DNA from: Oopsacas minuta
Taxonomy: Eukaryota; Animalia; Porifera
Assembly (NCBI GenBank): GCA_024704765.1
Contig: JAKMXF010000364.1
Span: forward strand, 62,001 to 126,000
Length of the DNA: 64,000 nucleotides
Reading direction: 5' to 3'
Part shown: positions 47,582-60,657 of the stretch, in pieces
Position numbering within the stretch: position 1 is the first letter of the stretch
Layout: each line of letters starts with the position of its first letter
Notes under the pieces: model-generated
What the model saw: only the letters and a program-made list of their open reading frames with translations
What the model was told of the DNA's origin: nothing
The model's database searches: none
Translations under genes and position numbers: made by a program

Positions 47582-49463
47582 AGTTTGGAGTTGGAAAATC
47601 AAATAGGAAATTCATGGGCTTATTGACATCTGGTTGCGAACAACCTGAACAATATAGTTTAAGGAGTACCCTGTCTTCTCCTCCTCCTCAGACTAGGGTC
47701 ACCGATACTCTCTTTTGGCCATACATTGATTGAGGTAAGCTTCTATGGATAGACACACTGGAATTTTAGGATCAGAATATCCACGCATTAGTGTTGAATT
47801 CATGCTATTTATTGGTTGTCCTATGAGGACTGTAGAAAATTTAACTGCATCTATATATGTCCTGCTCATTTAATGCCTGCTATTGGCCTTCACAGTAATA
47901 AGAAATTTAAGTTAAATATAGAAGTTTTTGTATTCTTGTAGATATCTCCTGCGTTGTACTAATATTCCTCAAATATGTTCTGTGTTTAATTCCTTGTGTT
48001 ATGTGTTTGGGAGTAGATATCTAAATGAACATGTAGTAACCAATATTCAAACGTTAGAGTATTATTTTAGTTCTGATTTAAATGTTATAGATTTAATTTT
48101 AGATAACGAGGATAGTGATATAATGATCCCATGTAGTAAAGTATAACCCTAGCGACAGTTCTCCCTTTGGCAAACATTTTTGAATTTATAGGTAAACATT
48201 GTGAAAATTGTATCAACGCTAAATACCCTTCGTATCCTCGCTATTATCCTAACGTTCTAGAATATATTTTTCACTATCCACTCACCCACTCTCCCATCTT
48301 GGAGTGGTATTACAATAGGTCCCCAGGAGTATTTTCTTTGTATTATAGTAACGCCATTGTAGAGAACTGGATGCGTATGGTTAAATTTGTTCCTATGATT
48401 CGGAATCAAGTTTGAGACCTAGAAATTTCATTAGAGTATTATATTCCTGGATAACTAGTAGAATTCAATATTGCTATTAATTCCTGAGTGAGTTTCAATT
48501 TGTAGAGGTCATAAGCGAATAAGAGGTATTTCAAATGAAAAATGTAGCGAAGAATGGTATAGTAAGAAGAAACAGCATTGTAGCTATTTGAAGTCAAAAC
48601 ATGTATTTTCTGAATGTAATTGAGGTAAAACTAGTAAAATTGAAATAATCTCTATTTAGGGTCAAAACTTGTCTAGGTTAAGTAAGATTTGCAAATCACC
48701 AGAAATTTAGTCCACGTTGATTCTTACTGTTGAAGAATTGATAGAGTGAGTATAATACGATATATTTCACCAAGCATTCGTTCGCCACGCACTGAATGGT
48801 AGATCGCTACCTGCATGAATAGAAACTACCTTATGGTAATAATAGGATTTCTTATCCCATAACAACTAGTACACTATATTATATAGAATTATGTGCAATT
48901 ATCGTTGAAACATGTTTGTTCGATTGAGTGCTAGTTGTAATAACTTTTTGCGTACTAATTATGTTCATACTCAAGGTACTTTTATGAATAGTCAGTAATG
49001 GATAAATAATATGTATTGGATAAGGTTGGGAAATAGGCTACTCACTTAGAGATATATGGAAGTTCGTTGTTGTTGATATAGATATTTGTGTGTTTTGGGC
49101 CCCTACTAGAACTCATTGGGCTGGGTTTTCAGTTAACTGAGTTTTGAGCAATTACACGGATATACAACATTTTTGATGATCTTCCTTCTCTATTATTTTG
49201 CATGGTGTAGATATTTATTGGGAATAATTATGTAATTTTTTCATTCTCAAGGGTACTAAAAGTAACAAATTTCTATTTTAGTTATTTCGGTTTTTTAATT
49301 GACTACATGATCAAATATTTCTAAATTCAATTCTACACATCAACCTTCTCTAATTTATTTGGTTTTAATAGCTTATATGATGTAAATTGCCTCTAATAGT
49401 AGCTATAATATAATCTGTTTTATTGCACTCGAGATTTAGTTTATCTTGTTCATTTTATTGTTT

Positions 49464-49884
49464 ATGGCTTCTCGGGTTTGTAAAAATTCTCCTGAAAAGT
49501 TTTGTTATATTTATGGTAGGTATACTACAACTGACCAACAGCAAAATATCACAAAGGCTGTAGAACACTGTTATTTCGCATATTTTGGGTGCCATCTTGG
49601 GGATCAAGATAAGCCGTGGGCTCCACACAATGCCTGTAAGACATGCGTTGAGAACTTACGCTCGTGGTGTGCTGGGAAAAGAAATAAATTGCCGTTTGCG
49701 GTTCCAACCATATGGAGAGAACTAGTGTGTCATCTTTCAGATTGTTATTTCTGTAAGACGAAAATTGATGGTAGCACAAAAAAGAAAAGTCCAGTATTGC
49801 GTACCCAGACGTACCGTCCGCTATTAGGCCAGTTTCACCTTCGGAGGACCTACCTGTACCAGTTCCATTGGAAATATTGGACAT
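49464..49884 (+). pseudogene. Chapaev3 transposase N-terminal zinc-finger fragment
   Basis: CKNSPEKFCYIYG...FGCHLGDQDKPWAPHNACKTC...LPFAVPTIWRE...CYFC. Confidence 0.85.
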
Positions 49885-49911
49885 TAGCAGTGACAATGAT
49901 AGTAGTGGTGA

Positions 49912-50316
49912 TACTATCATTGTCACTGCTATTGTTTGTCTGTCTGTCTTTCCGTTTATCGGTTGCTAAGGAAGCTGAAATGGAATGTGGAATTTGTATT
50001 TACAAAAATGTTTGTATCTATATATCTATGGTGTTAATCAGGAAAATATACATATTTCATGAACTTGACTAAAGGTTAGCGAATATGTTGAATCGGAATC
50101 ACACTTATGGATTTGTCATATACAAATTTAAGTTGTTTATATGAATAAAGTAAACAACTATCAATATTGTCCTAGAAATGTGGTTTCAACGGTTATTGTG
50201 GGTAATCGGGTACGCTGATTCCGAATATCACACAAACTAATGTCAAAGCGAGGGACGAAGGCGAGTACGGACACGAAGTGTTAGAATCCGCGTTGCGCAA
50301 ACAAGCGTATCGCTAG
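49912..50316 (+). mobile_element. Helentron-associated (HINE/DINE-1-like) non-autonomous repeat, tentative
   Basis: 5' (GTCT)n microsatellite, GC-rich cggacacgaagtg 3' segment, and end CTAGT. A diverged inverted homologue lies at 53050-53700. Confidence 0.4.
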
Positions 50317-52406
50317 TGATAGTTAATATCAGTATGATTTGGTAAGTAATAAACATGAATGTATGTTAAATTTCATATATTTAATCGCATATTGGTGCAT
50401 TCTTCCAACCAGAAAATTACAAATTCTTGACCTGTTGTGAATACATACTTAACTCATTCATAAACAGTCCCTACAAATTCTTCAATTTGAGCTATTTTAT
50501 TTAATCATCAAAACTTTTTACAATTTTGTATGTCAGTGTTATTATTGGAGCCATATTCAAATAGTTTTTATATACAGAATTAAATTAATTATAACCAGCC
50601 CCTACTATTTCTAAATTTTGTCAATAAATGAATTTATTGGATGCAAACTAATCATTGGTCCCAATGTATGGCTACGAATATTACTTGGTGACCAACTAAA
50701 TTAATGGTGAAAACTATAAATCATAATGGAATTATTATTCTTTGTGTGATTAGAATTATGAATTGCGAAACTATAATTTTTATTTTAACTTGTAACCTAA
50801 GTTGTTGATCTCATACCCCCTCATTTAACTCCTAAATTCGACATAACTTTAGCTAATCAATTATTTTGAAATGTAGTAGAATAATACACTCTAGATTATT
50901 CGAACACCTTCGTCATATACATTCAATTTTGGTTTTCGGATGGTTGAGTTTATCACTGGGGGCTCTAATGAACACACCATCCGAAAATCAAGTTATAAAG
51001 TAGTACAGTGCTCCAGGATGAAATGAAATTTGGACAATATTCACAAATTCATTATTCTTCCTGCTGTTCGGATCACAGAGGTGGCGAATAATCGACGATC
51101 TATTTATTTATCATTTAAAATATGGGAGACCAATCTCCTGGAGTTAACTCTTGTTTCTCTTACCATTCTGCTCTCTATATTTCGCAATTGAAGTGTTGAT
51201 CGTCTCTTCTAACGTTATATAGTCAAGACATTTTTTGCCATGCCTTCTAAGCCTGTAAAAATATTTCATAAATAGTACTACCTATTTTAGGTTTAGCCTG
51301 TTTTATATTTGTATTGGAAAATTCGATCTGTTTTCTTATCAGTTCACCATTCACTTCAATACAGAAAGTGATATACAAACTGTGATATTAAGTTTATGCA
51401 TTATTCTTTTTGTAATAATTTTTTATTTGTTTACTCTATTCTATTCACCTAATTGGAATGTTCTCATACTGTCTCGCGTCATGGGAAATGCTATTTTTAA
51501 CCAATGAATTCTATATTTAAGCTTCATTGCAATTTCTATCTATCAAAATATATTTTTGAATTGTTTAAACTATAATGTAAAGCTTTTCTTTGGTAATTGC
51601 CTAGTTGATATTTCCTAAATTGTAACAAATTATATATTATTTGACCTTTGGATGGTATATTATGGCACATATAGCATTATTACCTCAGTGTTCTGGACAA
51701 GAATTAGCTGAACGACGGCACCAATGGAGACCAATATTTTCTACCTTACATCATGTATATAATTTAAAACACTTACACAGTTTACTCATCGTTAGATAGC
51801 TCAAAAGTACTAATCACGCTCACTATATATACGGGAGTGTATAGGAAGTTGTTAGGCCGTCTTTTTGATGCTTATAAATAATCATATTCGGGACCAGGAA
51901 AGAATAGACCTTCCCCAAATCAATATGCTTCCTCTGAATATCATGAACAGCTCATAATACTCGTGACCCTTCCCTAAGGTCATTCCCAAACGACACTCTG
52001 CCTTCACCAAATCTATCAATTCTGTTCTTGATTGTTGATTTTACACTTGCTTCAGTCATAAACTACTCTTCATAGTGCCTAACAGTGATATGTGGATTTT
52101 GAACCAGGGATGGGTACCCGATAACGAATAATTGCATGCATATGCTCTCTTTGAGATCAATATAGTGTCCAAGTGATTTTTAAGCATTCTAAATAAATTT
52201 TTTCGATTTATTCACTGAAAATTTGCTGATTATAGTCCATACCCTTTATTGTACACACATACTATAATACAGGTAGTGATATTCTGATTCGAAAATAGAT
52301 ACAAAGATAAATGTATAAAGCAATGATAATACTGCAGTAGGGGTTCATCTCAATACTTGTAATACATTGTTTCCCAACCTTTTGGGTATCGACCCTTTAT
52401 CTAAAC

Positions 52407-52859
52407 CAGGGGTCGACAACTTTATTTGAGTGCGGGCTATATAAACTCTTTTCATAGATGTGCTGGCCACTAGATGACTATTTGTTGATGTACATGTATG
52501 GTAAATATCCACTAATTCTACAAAAGTCCTTGAAAGAATTGATGTATCTATTCAGAGTCAGTTTTCCTTTCTTGCTACTACTACTACGAATGGACATGAT
52601 GGTAGGATAGTGATGGAGTTTAATCGTTTTGTAATCTAATGAAAAATATTGTATAACAAATAAAATAAGTAGGTAATGAAAAGGGATATTTGTGCAGGAA
52701 TATTTTTGTGTTGGAAATTTATGAAAGTGGTTAGCAGATTTCTAATGCTATCAATGAATATATACGTAGGTAGAATATTATGGTAATATAATAAGGTTGT
52801 AGCCCATTCTTCGGCGGGCCATTAAAATGCTTTTGCGGGCCGCCAATTGCCGACCGCTG
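52407..52859. mobile_element. hAT Charlie-type MITE
   Basis: TIR CAG(G/C)GGTCG(A/G)CAA. 8-bp TSD ATCTAAAC / ATCTCAAC (7/8 match). Confidence 0.8.
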
Positions 52860-53049
52860 ATCTCAACAATATTGAACGCAAAATGCCTAACTCTTCCCAA
52901 ACGGATGAATATATCTTGTATTGTTTTAACTTATAAATACACATACAAAAGAAGCTAGAGACTCAAACTAATAAACATGACAATCTAGAATACATAGATT
53001 CGTTAAATTGTCACCATTGAATTGTAGTTTTGAACTTTACGTGTCCATT

Positions 53050-53700
53050 TCGCTTGTTCCCGTTCGCGATTGCGAACACTTCGTGTCCGCTCTCAGGCCC
53101 ACGGCTTTCGAGTACATAAACTCTTAATCTCAACCTTAGCAAACATGATGGTGCTATATTCTTAATATCTACTTACTTTATGTCCCCGATAGTGAACAAA
53201 TATTCACAAAATGGTGTTTACAATAATTATATTTGGATTCAGCATACTCGATTATTCCAGTATAGTCGTTCAAAATATGATTCTACCACAATTTTGAAAT
53301 TTATTTACTTCTTTTTATCAAAACAACAATAAATTTACACATGGGGAACTTGCAAATGCGACATTCAGATTTAGTGTACTTAGTTACCCCTGGGTAGCCG
53401 TTTTGAGTTAGCCTGTAGGTGTATTTTTAGTGATTTAGATAATTTTTCCTATACATTCATAAATACAATAATATATTTACATATGATTAATCCAAAAGTG
53501 TTAAAATCTGTTCAAAATGTTCGATATATTTAGTGAAGTATTATTGGATTCGATTTACTTCCTTTATCACCACGATAAATACATTGTTATGCGACAATTT
53601 CAGAATTGTATACCCTAAATCCTTTCTTTGACGACGAACAGACAAACAGACCGACAACAATTGATATTTATTGCATTGATATGCTAAAACCAATTCCCAG
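53050..53700 (-). mobile_element. Second HINE/DINE-1-like repeat copy, tentative
   Basis: The reverse complement shows gtctgtttgtctg, taatcgagtatgctgaatccaaatat and cggacacgaagtgtt...aacaagcg, as in 49912-50316. Confidence 0.4.
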
Positions 53701-53779
53701 CTACGAGTAAAAGCTTGAAGATAATTTTGCCTCTTGCACCACAATATGAACATTGTTCTCTTCATAATTGGAATATATA

Positions 53780-55330
53780 TATATTACGATATTCATGGAT
53801 AAATCAACAATGATTCTCCTAGATTGGCCTCAAATAACTTCTCCAATTAATCGCTGTCACTTTCAATCTAAAGGCAAAGAAGAAACAATCGATCCTGGGA
53901 CTTCTTCACACGGATATTTCGAACCTCCACGATTGATAACTCTTTGAGTTTGAACTGATATAGAGTATCGGGTTCATCGACAAGTATATCAATTTCAACA
54001 GTTAATGAGTCTCGCCAAATACGACATATTTGACTGTGTTTTAAGTACTGATGCAGCGAATAGCCAGCAATAACGCTAATACACGAAGCACTTGTAAACT
54101 ACACTTCGTGGCGGATAGATCAGAAATAGTGCTCAGGAAAGGATTTAGTTCGACTTCATTGCTTGATTCTGGATTATCTAATGACGAAAAAGATTAAATG
54201 TACTCTTGTAAGAGGTACTAGAAACAGTCTGATTGGATAATAGGCTTAAAATATCGGATACTTTGAGGCTGCGCTCTGATTCTAATATATGAAGCTAGGA
54301 GAATCCCAACGATATTAGAAGCGTTGGAATTAAGAGCAGGAGGACGTTTCACATTCTGAATCGCTACGACTGAAATTGTGGATTCATGAACAACCTTCAG
54401 GAATAATTAACATTTTGACGTTTAAGCCTGGAAGGATTACATGATTTTGAAGTAAGACGTATATCAACTGTTACTAAGCACTATCTCTCAGAATTATGTA
54501 GCATACGGATGTCAAGGAAAGGAGCCTGACATAGTATTTTAGAGGATACATGCATTAGCCGATAGAAATATAATTCAAATCATTATAGGAAAAGAGTCCA
54601 CCATCACATTGTTGATTTAATCAGTGATTGCGAATAGATTTCAGATTGTGTACAAGTCAAATGTGAAGAAAAGACTTCTGTATTTATCACTCGGATGTAG
54701 TACACCGGTATCCAGTTTGTGAATGGAGAAAACAATTTGAAATGTTTCACACTAAGCGGATACTTTTCGGTGGAGATAATTTCAATAAGCCACAATCTTC
54801 TAAATCACGAATGCAAGATATTATAGTGTTTAATAACTTCTCAACAGTTACAGAAGCACATGGAAGTAGACGGCGGACGATACATGACCACTTCTTATAT
54901 AAGTTGGATACAATAATAGCGAAGACACTCTTGATAGGATCATCTGTAGCTAGATTAGAAGCAAACAATCTTCCTCCTTTATGAGCAACATCTGATTTCA
55001 CATGAATTTCATCCATTTGTATAATTACATGCCTTTGTTCTGTAGATGACGCTCGTGTAGATTGCTTAAGATACGTGAAGGACTCGTTTTCGAGTCCAAA
55101 TGTTGAACATAACTTCTGTAATGATTGAAATATGGAAGATATGCCAGACATGCTTTGAGGATGATAGGCTGCTGGGAGATGGGATGTGTTTTGAGAGATA
55201 AAATCTCTGTCAGTACGTTATCTCTTCGTCTATTTTTGGTATATGACTTTCTGGAGTTGTCAAGAACAAACTGGAAGCTAAAAACCTCAGAGCAAGGAAG
55301 TATGTCATCGCCAGATTCAGAATCGTATAT
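53780..55330 (-). pseudogene. Second, more decayed P/THAP9-like transposase
   Basis: VIIQMDEIHVKSDVAHKGG, FTFD.(V)H.LKSIRN, LTSKSCNPS.L.RQNV, VIAGYS, and NRGGSKYP, in shifting frames. Confidence 0.82.
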
Positions 55331-56139
55331 CTAATCAATAGGACGACCTGAAAAATGTAAAGATCTCATTTCTATGCTGGAACTATAATATTATTGTTTT
55401 GATTATATTAGTTAATAACTCTGCAGATTTTGAGCTTATTTGAAATACCCCTTCCTTAGCTGCTTATTCATTTTGTACCTGTCTTAATAGTGCTTACTCA
55501 TGTTCATAAGGAAATTGATTCAAATTTGATACAGGAATCCATTATACTAATTTTGTTAATTTGAATTCACCACGAAATCAAAATAAGGTAAATTACAAAA
55601 TATGTATAGTTTGGAAAGGATTGCATTAATCACATATACTGTTTAAAGCAAATAACGTAAGCAAGAACTTACAAATGAGCTGAAATTTTCCTAGAACGTT
55701 TGCACATATCAGAACAATCATATATTATAATCCCAAAATGAAATTCACTTCATTTAGAAAAGTTATATAATGTTAAATTATGGGTGGGGATGTATTTTTG
55801 CTTATTGTCCGACTCCAAGCAAATACAACTGGTAAGCAAGAACTATTACAAATGAGCTGAAATTTTCAAAGAATGTTTGGATCCTTCCGATTCGGGACGT
55901 AAAATAGGTTTCAACTACACTAATTTTCATGCAATTAAGTCATCATCACAAAGCGGAGATGCGGAAGATGAAATTTTGGGTGCCCAATTTCCTCGCTTAG
56001 AAAGGTTCTACTGTAGTTAGAAATTATTCAAATCATTCGTTGTATATTTCTTTAAAAAATACAACTTCAAATACAATCAAACTATATTTAAGAATTGGCT
56101 TTCGGACTTAGAGAAATGAAAACATAAATCTTGTTTCGA

Positions 56140-58250
56140 ATCAGTTAGGGCATAAGTCTTCTTGATTTTAGTCTCTCACGGATGAATCCATCACGGTTTT
56201 CTTCACCACAAACACTCTTAGGTGCCTCGGTCACAACTATTACTGCTCGTTCAACCGGTTGGTTGTGACACAAATAATTAGGCATGGGAAGAAGGGTAGC
56301 GTAAATGTCTTTTAATTCGTTTTCGTCATATAGCGTATTAAAGGTGGCTCGCTGATGACATTAATATCCCAAGGTAAACAATTTGGTAATAGTTGTGCTT
56401 TAAAGTTTAATTTTTGGACTTGAAAGGTCTAATATATTTTGGCATTACTGTTTCATTAGTGCTAATAAGTTTTCCACAAATATCAACCCTTGACAAATCA
56501 TCCTTACCACCAACTGCCAAACTAAGTTGATTATCTCGCAAATCTAATAAACGTTTCACAGCTTCAATTCGTACCCTAGGTTCATCATTACATAAGATAG
56601 ATAGCAAAACTTTTTCTGGATGTGAAAGGAAAGCATTTTTTTGAAAGACTTTCTTCGCTATCTCTAGTTCAGTGGGACTCAAGTATGTAAGGTGCTTAAG
56701 CATCCACAATAAATTGTTTGGTCCGTCTGTAAATTTATAATGATTTTTACTATAAAACCAGGATTGTACATATAAGTTATTCACAATAATCATAAGTCGT
56801 TTCAACTCGTAAATGGCTTTATTGTTAACATATACACGCGGACAATTCTACATACCAGGGTAAGCCATCTGGAATGACAAATTGGACCCGGTTCGAGTAG
56901 CTCTAGATCCTCTGGACAATTACCTCACAAACATGCTTGGCTAATCCTATAGAGATAACTCTGATCAGTGCTAAGATCGTCTATCAGCTCTTTTGTCATC
57001 TCAGGGAACTCATTATGAATTATTGGCTCAAACTTTACTACAGGAATCTTAGAGAGGTTTTTTTCAGTGATTTGCCGATTGGGCAACTAAATGAATTCGG
57101 CCCGCTAGTTTTCCCGTCAAAATATTCAAACAAGTGTCTCAGGGGCAGTTCATTATTATGGAGCAGACAAACCGACCATTGTAATTCTCTACTAAGTATT
57201 CTTTCCAAGTTAACAATAGACCCATTCTTCCAACCTGCATTTACATTCGTACCATCACAACCTACTAATAAAATTCTCTTTCTCAATCCATTTTTTTGGA
57301 GATGGGAATATATTGATGAAGCGATATTGATTCCGTGACCAGGTTCAAGAGTTGTATGGAAAAGATGCCTACTCTTTTGATCAATCACAATAATATGTTC
57401 CTCAACTGAAGTTTGAGTGCGACATTTACCATTGATGGCTATATTTGAAAGTGCTTTATCGTGCCTTCCATCAAAATAGATACCTGTAACATCAATTACT
57501 TCTACCATTTCTTTGTGTTGTGTTTTATTTCTATGCTTTTGACGTGCTCTTGCCACCTTATTCTTGTCTGTCACAAGATTTTGATCCTCTGGTGTTATAA
57601 GTCCGAAATCTATTAGAGTGGCTGTAGCAATCGCAGCTGTAGCTCGATTAGAAACTCCATATCGATAGGCAGCCATAGCTATATTTGGGATTGTTTGTGT
57701 ATTTCGAAGTGATAATGATTTTGACAAAGGTTTAGAATTCGTATCAACATGTTCAACATCGTTCTGAGTATCCGTTTCTTCTATATCCTCAATTTGGAAA
57801 TAGTTGTACGACTCGGCTTCAACATTCTCTTTCTTTATTTTCAATTCAATTCTTTCTTTGAGGGAAATTTTCTTTGTTCTATTTTCGACAATATCGTTGA
57901 GGTGTGGATATCAATACCGCCTATGTACATCTTTCTGTGGGTTCTCTGGTCAAAGAGAAATGATAACTTTTGTCTAGGCACTTTGTGAGCACAACCACAA
58001 ATGAGATGAATCTCAACACAAAGTAAGTTATAACACTTAACATCATTGCAATTGATACGTTTACATTTGCATGAGCAAATATCAAAAAGGAAATCTAAAC
58101 GGTCAGATATAAATTCTTCATAATTCTTATGAGTTTTCTTCGTTCCTCAGGAATACAACGAATAATGTTAGTTGCTTTAGACTAGAGAGCCTTCATAAAT
58201 TAACGACACCCTTTAGATATAGTGGGTAGAGATGCACGTTTCCAAATGCC
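56140..58250 (-). pseudogene. hATm-type hAT transposase relic
   Basis: LFDICSCKC, DQRTHRKMYIGGID, GIYFDGR, VGCDGTNVN, CLLHNNELPLRHL, HSRWLT, CHNQPVERAV. Confidence 0.8.
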
Positions 58251-58690
58251 AGATCAGGAAACATTGTCTCGTCCTTCCAATCCCATCCAACTAACTGATC
58301 TGTGACCCACTAACTTTCTCTCTGATAAATTGAATTGAAGCAAATCTCCCGTTGGGGATTAATCCATGATCTTCTTGATCTTGTTTACACTTAAAAATAA
58401 ATTTACATATATCTCTCCCTGTTGAAAGCTGATTAACAGGCAATTCCGCTGGAGATCCAAAAATTGGGTGTGCCTATGTTAATCATGTCCTTTTTACTGC
58501 ATATGCCATATAGATTATGAAGATATAGCACTAAATTAGGGCAATAATAAAGCTATAATAAGTATAAAGTAATATCAATCTGATAAGTAAAAATTTTGTA
58601 ATGTAATCACAACAATTATAGTTCATTACAAAGTGTATATCAAGTCCCATAAATATCATAGGGGATTCCTGTATCATATTTGAGTCAATA

Positions 58691-60286
58691 AACAGGCCTA
58701 CAAAAATGTTTTATTGCAGTTGTTTATATTTTGATCACTAATTTAGATTAATTTAGGTGCGCTGATTCTGAATATCTAGTCAGTTTTTTCTTATCACGTC
58801 AGGTTTTTTCACAACCATATAGCTACATTTTCAGAAAAAATTCGATTTTTGCCAAAAATTCACCACGATTACATATTACAACAATAACATTATGTACATG
58901 GTATATATATTCAAATTGTCTTATTTGCTTATCTACTCCATCAAGGAACAAAGGTAACATTATATGTTACAGGGAGCAAGAGTTTCAACAGTATTTCTGC
59001 GAAAAGAATGGTTTGGTGTTTTGTCCAAATGTTGAGGGTCTTCAACCGGCAATGAAAGTTCCGAACTACAATCCAAGTGACTGGAGGCTGTTAATTGACA
59101 GCTCCAAAAGGAGTCTGAAATGTGTACTACTCCATAATGGAAATATATTCGGTTCAATTCCTATAGGATATTCAGTTAAACTCAAAGAGGAGTACTATAA
59201 TGTGAAAGAGATATTAGAGATTATTAACTACTCTGCACATGTTTGGGTCATCTGTGTTGATCTCAAAATGGTCAACTTTCTATTAGGACAACAATCTGGG
59301 TTCATTAAGTACCCCTGTTTTCTTTGTTATTGGGACAGTAGAAATAGGAACCAGCATTGGATAAGGAAAAGTGGCCTCCGAGAGAAAGTTTGAAAGTCGG
59401 GGCAAAAATGTAATCAATAACCCTCTGGTACATACAAATAAAATAATTCTACCTCCTTTCCACATTAAGCTTAGTTTAATGAAGCAATTCATCAAAGTAC
59501 TGGCTAAAGACAGATATTGTTTCAAGTATATCCGAAATTATTTTCCAGAAATCAGTGAAGGGAAGAAAAAGGCAGGCATAATTGAAGGTCCACAGATTCG
59601 CAAGTTACTTAGGGACAACAGCTTCAAAGATTCAATGAATGAGGAAGAGAAGAGAGCGTGGCAGGCTTTCTCTAATGTTGTTTCTAATTTCCTTGGTAAT
59701 AAAAAGGCATTCAACTACAAAGAACTAGTTACAGAGTTAGTCAACAGCTATCATGCTCTTGGCTGTAATATGAGTATTAAAATTCATTATTTGAGAGACC
59801 ATCTTGATAGATTTCCGGATAATCTAGGTGATATGAGTGAAGAACAAGGTGAACGATTCCATCAAGACATAAAAGTGATGGAACAGCGATATCAAGGAAG
59901 ATGGGATACACATATGATGGCAGATTACTGTTGGTGCCTAAAAAGAGATTGTCCTAACGAACAGCATTCAAGAAAGTCAAATAAGAGAAAATTTTTAGAT
60001 TGAATAGTGCTCATATTACATGTTTATAGTATCACTTTCTTCCATTCATATTAGGAACAATTATATCATTATTCTTAGTTAATGAAATATTGATATATTC
60101 AGAAATTTAATTGATCCAATCTGACATATAAGGGTTGAAACCAATTTTGTTCTATAAATGTAGTAATAGGATTGTGAGATAACTTGACGTATTAGGGAGA
60201 AACTGACTAAATATTTGGAATCAGCAACACAGAATTAGTATATATCAGTTGACAAAATCAATACAACTAAAAAGTATAGGCCTGTG
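58691..60286 (+). mobile_element. Chapaev3 element with internal deletion (C-terminal transposase ~58935-60003)
   Basis: WRLLIDSSKRSLKCVLLHNGN, VDLKMV, YPCFLCYWDSR, PFHIKL, SEEQGERFHQDI, MMADYCW. Imperfect ~110-bp TIRs (A/C)ACAGGCCTA... and candidate 3-bp TSD ATA. Confidence 0.85.
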
Positions 60287-60657
60287 ATATCCTTATTAGT
60301 ATGAGTAAGCACTATTAAGACAGGTACAAAATGAATAAACAGCTAAGAGGAGGGTATTTCAAATGAGTTCAAAATTTGCAGAATTATTAACTAACATAAT
60401 CCAAACAATCATATTCTAGTTCCAGTATAGAAATGAGATCTCTACATTTTTCAGTTCGCCCTAGTAATCAATGACTTGTTGGATATGGCTTTCAGCAGAT
60501 GTAACATGAAATAGGTGATCAGAACTATCGGAAATAACCTTCGAGGTGGTGCTTGCGGTTGATAGAACAGAAGTATCACTCAGAACCGTTTCAGTTGCCG
60601 AATATCAAATCGAGCTATATATGGAATTGGGAACGTTCACTATTATGATACGAACTA

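Noticed and set aside
56937-57338. Antisense ORFs (also 5147-5404, 10903-11127, 12291-12620, 33797-34054, 41773-41982, 60941-61174) as genes
   Set aside because: They are shadow frames opposite recognised transposase sequence and have no motifs of their own.
55975-58470. TIR pair for the hATm relic (gggtgcccaattt / aaattgggtgtgccta)
   Set aside because: Only a partial match, and no 8-bp TSD could be confirmed.
49464-60003. One Chapaev3 element split by a 9-kb nested insertion
   Set aside because: The catalytic half is preceded by its own left TIR at ~58691, so it is an internally deleted copy.
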